The notes under the pieces are model-generated. The model had not been told where the DNA came from, searched no databases, and saw only the letters and a program-made list of their open reading frames with translations. Source: an uncultured bacterium (GTDB lineage Bacteria; Patescibacteriota; Minisyncoccia; Phycocordibacterales; CAIRYW01). Taken from it: a stretch of 64,000 nt of DNA. Shown here piece after piece: positions 19,007 through 28,024 of the stretch (positions are counted from its first letter, which is position 1; each line of letters opens with the position of its first letter). The position numbers were made by a program, and so were the translations under genes. The stretch lies in contig CAVYBO010000002.1 in the NCBI GenBank assembly GCA_963766885.1, positions 22,014-86,013 of the forward strand. The letters are read 5' to 3'.

Positions 19007-19024
19007 TCGCCCATTTCTGAGCGA
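19007..19024 (-). terminator. Intrinsic terminator of 19046..19300
   Basis: Minus strand TCGCTCA-GAAA-TGGGCGA followed by ATTTTTT. Confidence 0.6.
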
Positions 19025-19045
19025 TGATACTTCTTGGTGTTTATA

Positions 19046-19300
19046 TCACCTTGTCCGATGTCTATAGTGCGTACTCCTGTAGGCTACTGTTACCACCCAG
19101 AGAACCAAAGCCGTGATCAACACAACGATGGGGATAGTGAGTACAGGATTAACCTTGAGGAAGTAACAGACGGTACATACCAGAGCCCAGATCACCAGGC
19201 CAAACGGCGTAGCGAACAAGATGAAACAACTGACACCTATGAAGAACCCAATGAGCACAAGTCTCATTGCTGCCTTGTAGGAAGGATTTTGAATGCTCAT
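19046..19300 (-). CDS. Small hypothetical membrane protein
   Basis: 84 aa, about 3 TM helices, own promoter and terminator. Confidence 0.6.
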   Translation of the reverse strand: MSIQNPSYKAAMRLVLIGFFIGVSCFILFATPFGLVIWALVCTVCYFLKVNPVLTIPIVVLITALVLWVVTVAYRSTHYRHRTR

Positions 19301-19372
19301 AAATTCTGACCAAATTTAATCATTATTTTAGGAAAAGTCAAATTATATAGATTGATTCCAATTTTATAAAAA

Positions 19373-19431
19373 ATCCCATTAGGTTGCTTCAAAAAACCTT
19401 TGAAAAATATGGTTAGAAAAATCTATGACCC
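19373..19431. repeat. Imperfect 59-bp direct repeat, copy 2 (overlaps tRNA-Glu 3' end)
   Basis: Matches 18881-18939. Confidence 0.8.
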
Positions 19432-19497
19432 TACCGGGAATTGAACCCGGATTTAAGCCTTGAGAAGGCTCCGTCCTAACCGTTAGACGATAGGGCC
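19426..19497 (-). tRNA. tRNA-Glu (anticodon CUC), CCA not encoded
   Basis: GGCCCTA acceptor, D arm, GAGCC-TTCTCAA-GGCTT anticodon arm, CCGGG-TTCAATT-CCCGG T arm. Confidence 0.95.
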
Positions 19498-19609
19498 AAG
19501 TCAAACAATTTTACACAAAATCAAAGAAAAATCTATTTTAGATGAAACTTTTTGGTATGTGATACGATATAAAAAAGAGGTCTTTTTATTAATTTAATTT
19601 TAAAAATAT

Positions 19610-20006
19610 ATGAATAATAACAAAGTTGTGCATTTTGAAATCGTGGCCGTGGATCCTCTGCGAGCCACTGATTTCTATACAAAGGTTTTTGGTTGGGAAA
19701 TTAAAAAGTGGGAAGAAGGAGAAATGGATTATTGGATGATTTAACACTACTCCGCAAAATACTCCAGGAGCAATCAACGGCGGTTTGCGAAAGGAAATGG
19801 GAACAGATCACAAAGAAATGACTAAATCTGTAAATGGCTTTGTGTCCATTGTGGCTGTGGATTCTATAGATGATATATTAGGAAAAATAGAAAAATTCGG
19901 CGGAAAAATTATGCAGCCAAAAATGAATGTTCCAAAAGTTGGCTGGCTTGCGTATTGTATGGACACAGAGGGAAATATGTTTGGGGTATTGCAGCCAGAG
20001 ATGTAG
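19610..20006 (+). pseudogene. VOC/glyoxalase family protein, split by a +1 frameshift at 19740-19742
   Basis: [30 protein letters not shown] continues, after deleting one T, as INTTPQNTPGAINGGLRK..VPKVGWLAYCMDTEGNMFGVLQ. Confidence 0.8.
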
Positions 20007-20213
20007 TTATTTGTATATTTTTGGGAAACTATGAATTGAGGCGAGGATGTCTTTGGTTTTTTGGTATTGCTCGCCTAAATAAAAAGTCCAGAAGGGGATT
20101 ATAAAAATAAATAATATTGCCGCAATTAGTCTGGAATACCATGTGACCTTGTTCCATTGGATTTTTCTCATAAAGAAATTATATCAAAGTTTCAAATAAT
20201 ATATACTATTGCT

Positions 20214-21308
20214 ATGGCAATTTTTAGAAAGGAAGCTTTAAAGCATTTTTATGAAAAATACGAGCGGCATATTGGTTCGCTGACAATTATTATCGGATTC
20301 GTTTTTGATAATGTTGCCATCCGCCAGTCTGTAATTAACACCCAAACCCAAGTATTTTTGACTTATATTATTCTAGCGGGACTTTCAATTCTTATTTTGC
20401 ATTGGATAGAGGGTAAAGAGGGGAGAAAAGAAAATTACGCAACACTGCATTTTTGGATTTTTCTTTTGATGCAGTTTAGTATTGGAAGCTTGTTTAGCAT
20501 GTTCTTTGTTTTTTATTCTCGCGGTGTATCGATTGCAACTTCGTGGCCGTTTCTGCTTTTGCTTTTTGGAAATCTTGTCGGCAATGAATTATTTAAAAAG
20601 TATTATTCGCAATTAAGCTTGCAGGTTTCGCTTTATTTTATTGGTATTTTTTCTTTCTTTATTTATTTCATGCCGACAGTACTTCATGAAATGAGCGTAA
20701 GAGTTTTTATTTACAGCGGCATCACTAGTCTACTCACAGTTTTTGTTTTTATGCGTCTTCTGGAATTAATTTCAATCCAAAGAGTCAGGAAGTGGCGACC
20801 CAGGATTGCAATCGGTGTTTTGTTTGTATATTTGTTGATAAACGTTTTTTATTTTACAAACATCATTCCGCCTGTACCGCTTGTGATGAAAGAGGGTGGT
20901 GTCTATCATAATTTTTCTGTAAATAGCGAAGGGGATTATGTGGTTGAAGCGGAACAAAAATCATGGAGCAGTGTTTTTGATGAATATCCAATATATCATC
21001 GTGCTCCGAATGAAATAGTATATGTGGTTACCTCTGTTTTTGCTCCGGCACAATTGGATACAACTTTGATTCATGATTGGCAATATTTTGATCCTGTAAC
21101 AAAAAAGTGGCAGAGTGAAAGCAAAGTAAAAGTGCCTATTGTTGGCGGCCGGGAAGGCGGTTACAGATTTTATTCACTGAAACAAAGTATTACCTCTGGA
21201 AAATGGAGAGTGGATGTGGAGACAACTCAAGGACAAATTGTAGGACAAATAAAATTTGAAATTGTTGACAGCACTTCAACTCCGAGTTTGTCTAAAGTGG
21301 TGTATTAA
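20214..21308 (+). CDS. Multi-pass membrane protein with DUF2914-like C-terminal domain
   Basis: About 8 TM helices, then GGREGGYRFYS..GKWRVDVET. ATG 20214 follows TATACT by 6 nt. Confidence 0.7.
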   Translation: MAIFRKEALKHFYEKYERHIGSLTIIIGFVFDNVAIRQSVINTQTQVFLTYIILAGLSILILHWIEGKEGRKENYATLHFWIFLLMQFSIGSLFSMFFVFYSRGVSIATSWPFLLLLFGNLVGNELFKKYYSQLSLQVSLYFIGIFSFFIYFMPTVLHEMSVRVFIYSGITSLLTVFVFMRLLELISIQRVRKWRPRIAIGVLFVYLLINVFYFTNIIPPVPLVMKEGGVYHNFSVNSEGDYVVEAEQKSWSSVFDEYPIYHRAPNEIVYVVTSVFAPAQLDTTLIHDWQYFDPVTKKWQSESKVKVPIVGGREGGYRFYSLKQSITSGKWRVDVETTQGQIVGQIKFEIVDSTSTPSLSKVVY

Positions 21309-21310
21309 AA

Positions 21311-21520
21311 TTAATGATAGTCCTGTTTATTATTCAATATGAAATAAGCTTGCTTTAATGCGTCTTCAAGTTCAATTGTTCCATTTGTAACATTTTCCTT
21401 CAATCTATTAAGTGTCGGAATTTCATGATCATTAAATCCTATAAGAGATATTTGTTGAGTAATCATTCCAATTTCTGCCAAAACCCCTTCTTTAGTTAGT
21501 TCTATTTTTATTTCTTCCAT
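21311..21520 (-). CDS. Small hypothetical protein
   Basis: 69 aa, preceded by an extended -10 TGATATAAT. Confidence 0.6.
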   Translation of the reverse strand: MEEIKIELTKEGVLAEIGMITQQISLIGFNDHEIPTLNRLKENVTNGTIELEDALKQAYFILNNKQDYH

Positions 21521-21580
21521 GATGTTAATTATATCAAATAAATTTTATAAAAAATTGAACCGTTGCTTTTCAACACGGTT

Positions 21581-21925
21581 CTAGTAATCATCCATATGGC
21601 CGGCAAGCCTAAAACTTCTTTGAAGCATAGCTTCGTGAGCGAGAGCGTAACCTCGTTGACGCGCTTTTTCGATCCTTGAGATTTCCTCCAAGAAATCCTT
21701 TTCATCTTGCATAACCTTACGTCTCTTTGAGATCTTGAATTGGGCGCGCCGATTCAGTTCCTTTGCAATGTCTCTAGCATTCACACCGTGTTCAGTGGCT
21801 ACCGTGTGTATTGCCAGTCTCATCTGGATTCCTTGATCGTTTACAAGGTCTCTGGCCAAGTTGGCAAGACTGCCTATTCTCGTGTTAATAAAGGGCATTG
21901 TTTTCTCCTGCCCATAATTATGCAA
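21581..21925 (-). CDS. Hypothetical basic helical protein
   Basis: 114-aa ORF followed by a hairpin (21558-21580). The start may be the downstream MPF codon. Confidence 0.6.
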   Translation of the reverse strand: MHNYGQEKTMPFINTRIGSLANLARDLVNDQGIQMRLAIHTVATEHGVNARDIAKELNRRAQFKISKRRKVMQDEKDFLEEISRIEKARQRGYALAHEAMLQRSFRLAGHMDDY

Positions 21926-21948
21926 TGAATATAGATTTTATTCAATAG

Positions 21949-22395
21949 CTAAAACATCCCATCCACGACGGCTTTGACATCTCCACCGTCCGCTTTGCCT
22001 TTGAGTTCTTTCATCAAGAGGCCGATAAGCATATTAGCTTTGGATTTGTCTGTAATCCCTAGCTCTGATTTTTTAGCTTCGGCGATTTTTTTGATTTCCT
22101 CAACACCCATCATTTGGGGAAGTAGAGGTTCAAGTATCGAAAGTTCCTTTTTTTCATTTTCTGCAAGCTCCAGGCGGCCGCCTTTTTGGAATTGTTCTAT
22201 TGAATCCTTGCGTTGTTTGGAAAGACGTCTAATAACAGCGATGCAATCTTCGTCTGGAAGCGTGTCTTGAGGAGTTTTGCCTTTGGCAACAAGTTCGTTG
22301 GTAAGCGCAGTGGAAATACCTCTGTAGACGTTTAAAGCGACTTCATCTCGAGCTTTCATAGATTCTTTAATTTTTTCTCTAATTTCATTTTGCAT
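21949..22395 (-). CDS. GatB/YqeY domain protein
   Basis: MKARD, KQRKDSIEQFQKGGR, MKELKGKADG motifs. Confidence 0.92.
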   Translation of the reverse strand: MQNEIREKIKESMKARDEVALNVYRGISTALTNELVAKGKTPQDTLPDEDCIAVIRRLSKQRKDSIEQFQKGGRLELAENEKKELSILEPLLPQMMGVEEIKKIAEAKKSELGITDKSKANMLIGLLMKELKGKADGGDVKAVVDGMF

Positions 22396-22409
22396 ACTAT
22401 AATACTAAC

Positions 22410-23468
22410 ATGAATACAGAGACAATTTTAATCATTATTTTTGCGATAGCAATACTTGTTGTACAAATAATTTCTCTTGTTAAATCAGGTAAAAAACAAG
22501 AAATCAAAACTGATAATACGAGTATGAATTTGCTTTTAAATCAGATAAATGAGCTTTCACGAACAATGGATTCAAAGCTCGGCGCATCTGCCAAAGAAAT
22601 GAATGAATCTGTCAGGCATCAATTTAGCGAATCGCAAAAATTAATCCGTGATATTACAAACGAGCTTGCACAAGTCAAAGAAACTGGCAAACAGGTTGTG
22701 TCTTTTACAGACCAACTGCAAAGCTTGCAAGATATTTTAAAAAATCCAAAGCAGCGCGGAGTTTTGGGAGAATATTATTTAGAGACGCTCTTAAAAAATG
22801 TGTTGCCGCCAGGAAGCTTTCAGATGCAGTATGAATTCAAAGACGGCACGATTGTGGATGCTGTGGTTTTTGTCAGAGATAAAGTTATACCGATCGATTC
22901 AAAGTTTTCTTTGGAAAATTACAATCGTCTTGTGGAGGAAAGGGATCCAGAGCGAAAAAAGCAGCTTGAGAAGAATTTTGAAAACGATTTGAAAAACAGA
23001 ATCGTTGAGACCTCAAAATACATAAAGCCGAACGAAGAAACAATGGAGTTTGCTTTTATGTTTATTCCTCACGAGGCGATTTATTACGATCTTATTACAA
23101 ACAAAATTAACGCTCAAAGCGAAGATGCAGAAAATTTGATTCAGCGTGCGGCAGGGAAGTACAAGGTAATAATTGTTTCGCCAACTTCATTTTTGGCGTA
23201 TTTGCAGACAGTACTTCAAGGTCTTAAGGCTTTGAAAATTGAAGAATCAGCCAAAGAAATCCGCAAAAACGTAGAAACTTTGGAAAAGCATTTGAGCGGC
23301 TATGCTGAATATCACAACAAACTTGGCAATGCTTTGAGCACCACTGTGAATCATTTCACTACTTCAAGCAAGCAATTCAGAATGATTGATAAAGACTTGA
23401 TGAGAATTACTGGAATCGACTCTGAGGTTGATTTGATTGAAGTGGAAAAGCCGATGTTGGAGGAGTAA
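22410..23468 (+). CDS. rmuC: DNA recombination protein RmuC
   Basis: N-terminal TM, NPKQRGVLGE, PIDSKFS, FAFMFIP, IVSPT motifs. Confidence 0.92.
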   Translation: MNTETILIIIFAIAILVVQIISLVKSGKKQEIKTDNTSMNLLLNQINELSRTMDSKLGASAKEMNESVRHQFSESQKLIRDITNELAQVKETGKQVVSFTDQLQSLQDILKNPKQRGVLGEYYLETLLKNVLPPGSFQMQYEFKDGTIVDAVVFVRDKVIPIDSKFSLENYNRLVEERDPERKKQLEKNFENDLKNRIVETSKYIKPNEETMEFAFMFIPHEAIYYDLITNKINAQSEDAENLIQRAAGKYKVIIVSPTSFLAYLQTVLQGLKALKIEESAKEIRKNVETLEKHLSGYAEYHNKLGNALSTTVNHFTTSSKQFRMIDKDLMRITGIDSEVDLIEVEKPMLEE

Positions 23469-23507
23469 TTGCTTTTGAAATTTTGCTTTGTTAAGCTTGG
23501 CAAAGTT

Positions 23508-24080
23508 ATGTTCAATAAAGCCATTATTATTCTTGAAGTAAAGCCGTTTCCGCCCAGAGCTCCAGCTGATTATGTTCCCCAAAGAACCTGGGAAGAGCTA
23601 CTTGAAATTGCTGCTCAGCACGGTGATTGGATTTCGATCCAAACGCATCGATGGTTTCGGGGCAGTTTCGATCTCATCTCGCGGGCGAGAAGTCTGACTG
23701 ACAAACCGATTTTGGCCAAAGGCTGGCACACCGACGATGAGGTGGAGCAACTGATTGAAATAGGAGCAACCAATGTTCTCGTGATCAACAGGATTCCGCA
23801 TACCAGATACAACAGTCAGTGCTTGATCGAGCCATATTACCGTGAAGAGTTCTTGAGGATTCCGCCGGAATTCAAAATGGTATGGAATTCCAGAGATCTC
23901 TTTGCTCTGGAAAATCAACTACCTCAAGGTGTGAAGGAAGATTTCTCAATCATCCGAGATCTGCGTCCAGATGTCTGGCTCTGCCAAGCGTCCAACATCA
24001 AGAAAGTGACAGATATCCATCCTGAGGCCAATGCGGCGCTGATTGGGACGAATCTCGAGGAATTTGTGGCTTCGCTTTGA
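23508..24080 (+). CDS. Divergent indole-3-glycerol-phosphate synthase (TrpC)-like TIM barrel
   Basis: IILEVK, ISIQT..FRGSF, PILAK, LIE, VWNSRDL, ALIGT motifs. Confidence 0.7.
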   Translation: MFNKAIIILEVKPFPPRAPADYVPQRTWEELLEIAAQHGDWISIQTHRWFRGSFDLISRARSLTDKPILAKGWHTDDEVEQLIEIGATNVLVINRIPHTRYNSQCLIEPYYREEFLRIPPEFKMVWNSRDLFALENQLPQGVKEDFSIIRDLRPDVWLCQASNIKKVTDIHPEANAALIGTNLEEFVASL

Positions 24081-24156
24081 GGGCAAAACCTGATGAAATC
24101 CATCGGGTATTTTATTACTTGCAATTCTTTAAAAAATAGCTAATATATAGCCTACA

Positions 24157-24537
24157 ATGCCTACAAAAACAGCCAAACAGCCGAAAAAAGAAGCAAAAAC
24201 TAAGCAGGATTCAACTGTAAGTGAATTTGCTGTTATCGAGACTGGCGGCAAACAATACAAGGTTTCTCCTGGAGAAAGTATCAAAATTGAAATAATCAAA
24301 GGCGAGCACAAAGAAGGTGAAAAAATTACTTTTGACAAAGTGCTTTTGGTTGATGATGGATCCAATACAACAATCGGTATGCCATACATTGACGGAGCGA
24401 GCGTTGTTGGTGAAATCTCAAAGATCGGAAGACATCCTAAAGTAATTGTTATGAAATACAAAGCCAAGAGCAATCGTCTCAAAAAGAACGGACACAAACA
24501 GCCTTATTTTGAAGTAAAGATTCAGTCTATACAATAA
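24157..24537 (+). CDS. rplU: 50S ribosomal protein L21
   Basis: AVIETGGKQYKV and GHKQPY motifs. Confidence 0.96.
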   Translation: MPTKTAKQPKKEAKTKQDSTVSEFAVIETGGKQYKVSPGESIKIEIIKGEHKEGEKITFDKVLLVDDGSNTTIGMPYIDGASVVGEISKIGRHPKVIVMKYKAKSNRLKKNGHKQPYFEVKIQSIQ

Positions 24538-24571
24538 TAGTGCAAAATAAAAAATAGTTCTCTCAATAAGC

Positions 24572-24625
24572 ACGGAATTTTTTCTGCTGAAAAAATTCCT
24601 CGCTTCCGGCGCCAGTCGCGCCTCC
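24572..24625. repeat. Dispersed hairpin element, copy 1
   Basis: ACGGAATTTTTTC-TGCT-GAAAAAATTCCTCG..GCGCCAGTCGCGCCTCC; homologous to 56128-56179. Confidence 0.65.
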
Positions 24626-24643
24626 AGAGTCTTTTCTCGAGAA

Positions 24644-25246
24644 CTATTTTTTATTTTGCAGTGCTGCTTTTATAGTTTCTTTATCCACGTATTCAATCTC
24701 CGTGCCTGTAGAAATTCCGCGGCCAAGTTCGGAAATTGGAATATTAAATTCCTTCAGTTCATTTTTTATATATTCAGCAGTGTTTTCTCCTTCAGTAGTA
24801 GCGCTGAGGCCCAAAATAATTTCTTTGATTTCTTCTGGCTTAGATTTTTTGATTCTGCTTTTCAGTTCGTTGATTCTAATTTTTCTCTCTGGATTCTTTT
24901 CTAAAATAGGGAGCAATCCGCCAAGGACAAAATACTTGCCTTTAAATACTCCGCTTTTTTCTATCATCTGAAAATCTGTATCTTTCCCGACAATCATTAT
25001 TAAGTTTTCTCTTTCATTATTTGAACAAATTTCGCAAACACCTGAAGAATTATTTTTTTTGACTAAATATCGGAAACAAAATTGGCATTGTGCCGAGTTT
25101 TGAATTAATTCTTTTAGAAGTATTGATAATTCTTCAGAGTATCCTTTTGGTTTTGATACTAGAAAATAAACAAAGCGTCTGGCTTGGCGAGGTCCAATGC
25201 CTGGGAATTCTTCAAATATTTTTACAAGTTTATCAAAAGCATCCAT
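24644..25246 (-). CDS. recR: Recombination mediator RecR
   Basis: PGIGPRQARR HhH, CxxC..CxxC zinc finger, Toprim (EGENTA, GTEIEY). Confidence 0.95.
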   Translation of the reverse strand: MDAFDKLVKIFEEFPGIGPRQARRFVYFLVSKPKGYSEELSILLKELIQNSAQCQFCFRYLVKKNNSSGVCEICSNNERENLIMIVGKDTDFQMIEKSGVFKGKYFVLGGLLPILEKNPERKIRINELKSRIKKSKPEEIKEIILGLSATTEGENTAEYIKNELKEFNIPISELGRGISTGTEIEYVDKETIKAALQNKK

Positions 25247-25260
25247 AACTGCTCTATATT

Positions 25261-26652
25261 TTAAAAGGCATCATCTTGCAAAAAGTCTCCGATATTTGAC
25301 CTGTCAACATTTAGGAAGGTTGTTCGCTCTTCATCAAAGAATAAATCAATGCTTCCAACAGGGCCGTTTCGGTGTTTGTCGATATGGATTTGAGCGATAT
25401 TTTTTTTGTCGGAATCTTCGCGATATTTGTCTTCGCGATGAATAAACATAACCACGTCAGCATCCTGTTCTATAGATCCAGAATCTCTAAGGTCAGAGAG
25501 TTTTGGCCGACCGCTGCCGCCACGTTGTTCTACAGCTCGGGATAACTGTGAAAGAGCTAAAACAGGAACTTCAAGTTCACGGGCCAAGTGTTTGAGAGAT
25601 CTAGAAATTTCAGTCACTTGTTGAACCAAGTTGTCGTTATTTTTGGTTGAAACTGGTGTCATGAGCTGAAGATAATCAACAATAATCAAACCCAGACCTT
25701 TTTCACGCTTCAGGCGCCTGCCGATTGAGCGCATCTTCAAAGAATTTATTCCTGGCTCATCGTCAATATAAATCGGTGCTTTGGAAAGTCTCTCAAGAGA
25801 ATTTCTAATATTGTCAAAATCTTTGTCCGCTGAAAGTTTGCCAGTGCGGAGTTTCCAAGCATTTACTTTTGAATCTGCGGCAAGCATTCTATCTACCAAT
25901 TGTCCGGAGCTCATTTCCAAAGAAAATATTCCAACAGGAATATTGTGATTAACCGCAGCTTGGCGGGCAATGTCTAGTGCCAAAGCGGTTTTACCCATCG
26001 AAGGACGGGCCGCAAGAATGACTAAGTCTGATTTCTGAAGTCCGGAAAGCATATTATCCAAATCTCTGAAACCAGTTGGAATTCCGCGTAATGCTCCGCC
26101 TGCGTTGTGCAGATTTTCAAGCCGCTCCCAAGCTTCACCAAGAGTATCTTTTATATCAATAAATTTTCTTGAACTTCCGGATGTTGCGATTTCAAAAACT
26201 TCCTTTTCGGCTTTATCAATAATCATTTCAATTTCTTCTTCGGAAGTGTAACCCATCAAGCTGATTTTTTCTGCGGCTTCAATTAATCTGCGAAGCAGAT
26301 ATTTCTGGCGCACAAGCTCGCCGTAATAGATTGCGTTTGCAGTGGACGGCACACTCTGGACCATTTCTGTTAGATAGCTTTTGCCGCCGACAGAGTGCAA
26401 AGTCTCTTTGCTTTCAAGTTTGGTTGAAAGGGAGAGTAAATCAATTGGTTCATTTTTGGAAAATAATTCTTGCATGGAGGCAAAAATCATTCTGTGTTTT
26501 TCTGAATAAAAAGAATCTTTGTTTACAATGTCCGCAATGTCATACATCACATCAGGACGAAGCATTATGGATCCAAGGAGTGCCATCTCGCTTTCAATAT
26601 GCTGCGGCGGAATTTTTAATGTCTCTCTTTTAATAGTTGTTTTGGTCGCCAT
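25261..26652 (-). CDS. dnaB: Replicative DNA helicase
   Basis: AARPSMGKT, IVDYLQLM, LSQLSR, DLRDSGSIEQDAD, KHRNGP motifs. Confidence 0.97.
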   Translation of the reverse strand: MATKTTIKRETLKIPPQHIESEMALLGSIMLRPDVMYDIADIVNKDSFYSEKHRMIFASMQELFSKNEPIDLLSLSTKLESKETLHSVGGKSYLTEMVQSVPSTANAIYYGELVRQKYLLRRLIEAAEKISLMGYTSEEEIEMIIDKAEKEVFEIATSGSSRKFIDIKDTLGEAWERLENLHNAGGALRGIPTGFRDLDNMLSGLQKSDLVILAARPSMGKTALALDIARQAAVNHNIPVGIFSLEMSSGQLVDRMLAADSKVNAWKLRTGKLSADKDFDNIRNSLERLSKAPIYIDDEPGINSLKMRSIGRRLKREKGLGLIIVDYLQLMTPVSTKNNDNLVQQVTEISRSLKHLARELEVPVLALSQLSRAVEQRGGSGRPKLSDLRDSGSIEQDADVVMFIHREDKYREDSDKKNIAQIHIDKHRNGPVGSIDLFFDEERTTFLNVDRSNIGDFLQDDAF

Positions 26653-26740
26653 GTAAAACTATTCTATCAGTCTCAAAATAATAAAAAAGCTTGAAAAAGG
26701 GGAATAGGTGTGTGTAATGTGGGGAGAACAAATTTTTATT

Positions 26741-26790
26741 AAAAACAGGCCACCATCGCCTCTGTGGGATGGTGGCCTTCTGTTGTTTTT
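26741..26790. terminator. Bidirectional hairpin terminator
   Basis: AGGCCACCATC/GATGGTGGCCT 11-bp stem with A and T tracts on both sides. Confidence 0.7.
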
Positions 26791-27340
26791 GGTTCGGTTC
26801 GAGCCCTGGTTTTTGGTCGCCTTGTGGAAACCAATCAGCAGGGTAGTTCGCCGTGCTAAAGAACCTTTCTATCACTTCTCGCGTCTGTTTGGTGATTAGC
26901 CAACAACACGTGTGCGCAATTTGTTTATTCGGTTTGCGATTACCGCCGGATTCACGTCTGCGATTGCTCGCATTTGTTATTCTGACACTTGCCCTAACGC
27001 AAGTTCCTCTCAGCCGAGTGTGCTTTTACATTTATATCCCTGCCCGCGTCGGTTTATCCAGGCCTCCAGCCTCCCCGGAGGGTTTAAGAGTAAGAGCGGT
27101 TTTGGGCGGCAGCTGCCTGATTCCGATGTCAGACTCGGTCTATCAGATCTGCTTGGCTGCCGGGCCGATGGGATCACCCCATCATAATTAATCATTTTTT
27201 TGATGTAGGTGCCGAAGTATGCAAGTTTGCCTGCAGACACTAGCTAGTTTGCATATACTCCTCGACGGAAAATAAAATACTATATTTAATTATTTTGTCA
27301 ATAGTTATGAAAGTTTGAATCCAGTTTATAATTCTCGACT

Positions 27341-28024
27341 ATGAAGGCGGTTATATTTGCAGCAGGAAAGGGCACCAGAATGGGCGATTTGAGCCTGGAA
27401 ACCCCAAAACCGATGCTCAAGGTGTTGGGGAAGACTCTTTTGGAGCACAAACTTGATATGCTACCTGAATCAATTGACGAGGTGATCATTGTTATTGGAC
27501 ATTTGAAAAATATAGTCACAGATTTTTTGGGTGATTCTTATGGAAACAGAAAAATCACTTACGTCGTCCAAGAAGAACTTTTGGGCACAGCGCACTGCTT
27601 GTTTTTGTGCAAAGAGATTATGAAAAATGAGAAAAAATTTTTGGTAATGATGGGAGACGACATTTATTGTAGGGAAGATATGGAAGAGTGCTTAAAATAT
27701 GATTGGTCGATTCTGGTTCGAGAATCAGATTCTGTTTTGGACAAAGCCAAAGTTATTTTTGATTCAAAAGGACATATTACTGATATTCTTGAAAAATATA
27801 ATGTTGATGAAAAAGGATTTATCTGCGCCGGAATGTATTCTTTGACTCCAAAAATATTTGATTACAAAATGGTGCAGTTTGCCGGCGGAGAATACGGATT
27901 GCCTCAGACAATTCTTTCTGCAAGGAATGACGTTAATATCAAAGCTGTTCAATCGCGCTTTTGGCTTCAAATCACGGCCCCTGAAGATCTAAAAATGGCC
28001 GAGACTTTTCTTTCTATCGAGTAA
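27341..28024 (+). CDS. Sugar-phosphate nucleotidyltransferase (GlmU N-terminal-like)
   Basis: VIFAAGKGTRM..PKPML, QEELLGTAH, MGDD motifs. Confidence 0.85.
   Translation: MKAVIFAAGKGTRMGDLSLETPKPMLKVLGKTLLEHKLDMLPESIDEVIIVIGHLKNIVTDFLGDSYGNRKITYVVQEELLGTAHCLFLCKEIMKNEKKFLVMMGDDIYCREDMEECLKYDWSILVRESDSVLDKAKVIFDSKGHITDILEKYNVDEKGFICAGMYSLTPKIFDYKMVQFAGGEYGLPQTILSARNDVNIKAVQSRFWLQITAPEDLKMAETFLSIE

Noticed and set aside
26896-26945. Minus-strand TAATC-GCA-AAC.. resembling a tmRNA resume site and tag (ANRINKLRTRVVG*)
   Set aside because: No tRNA-like 5'/3' domains, no valid T arm or CCA end, and the tag does not end in Ala-Ala-like residues.
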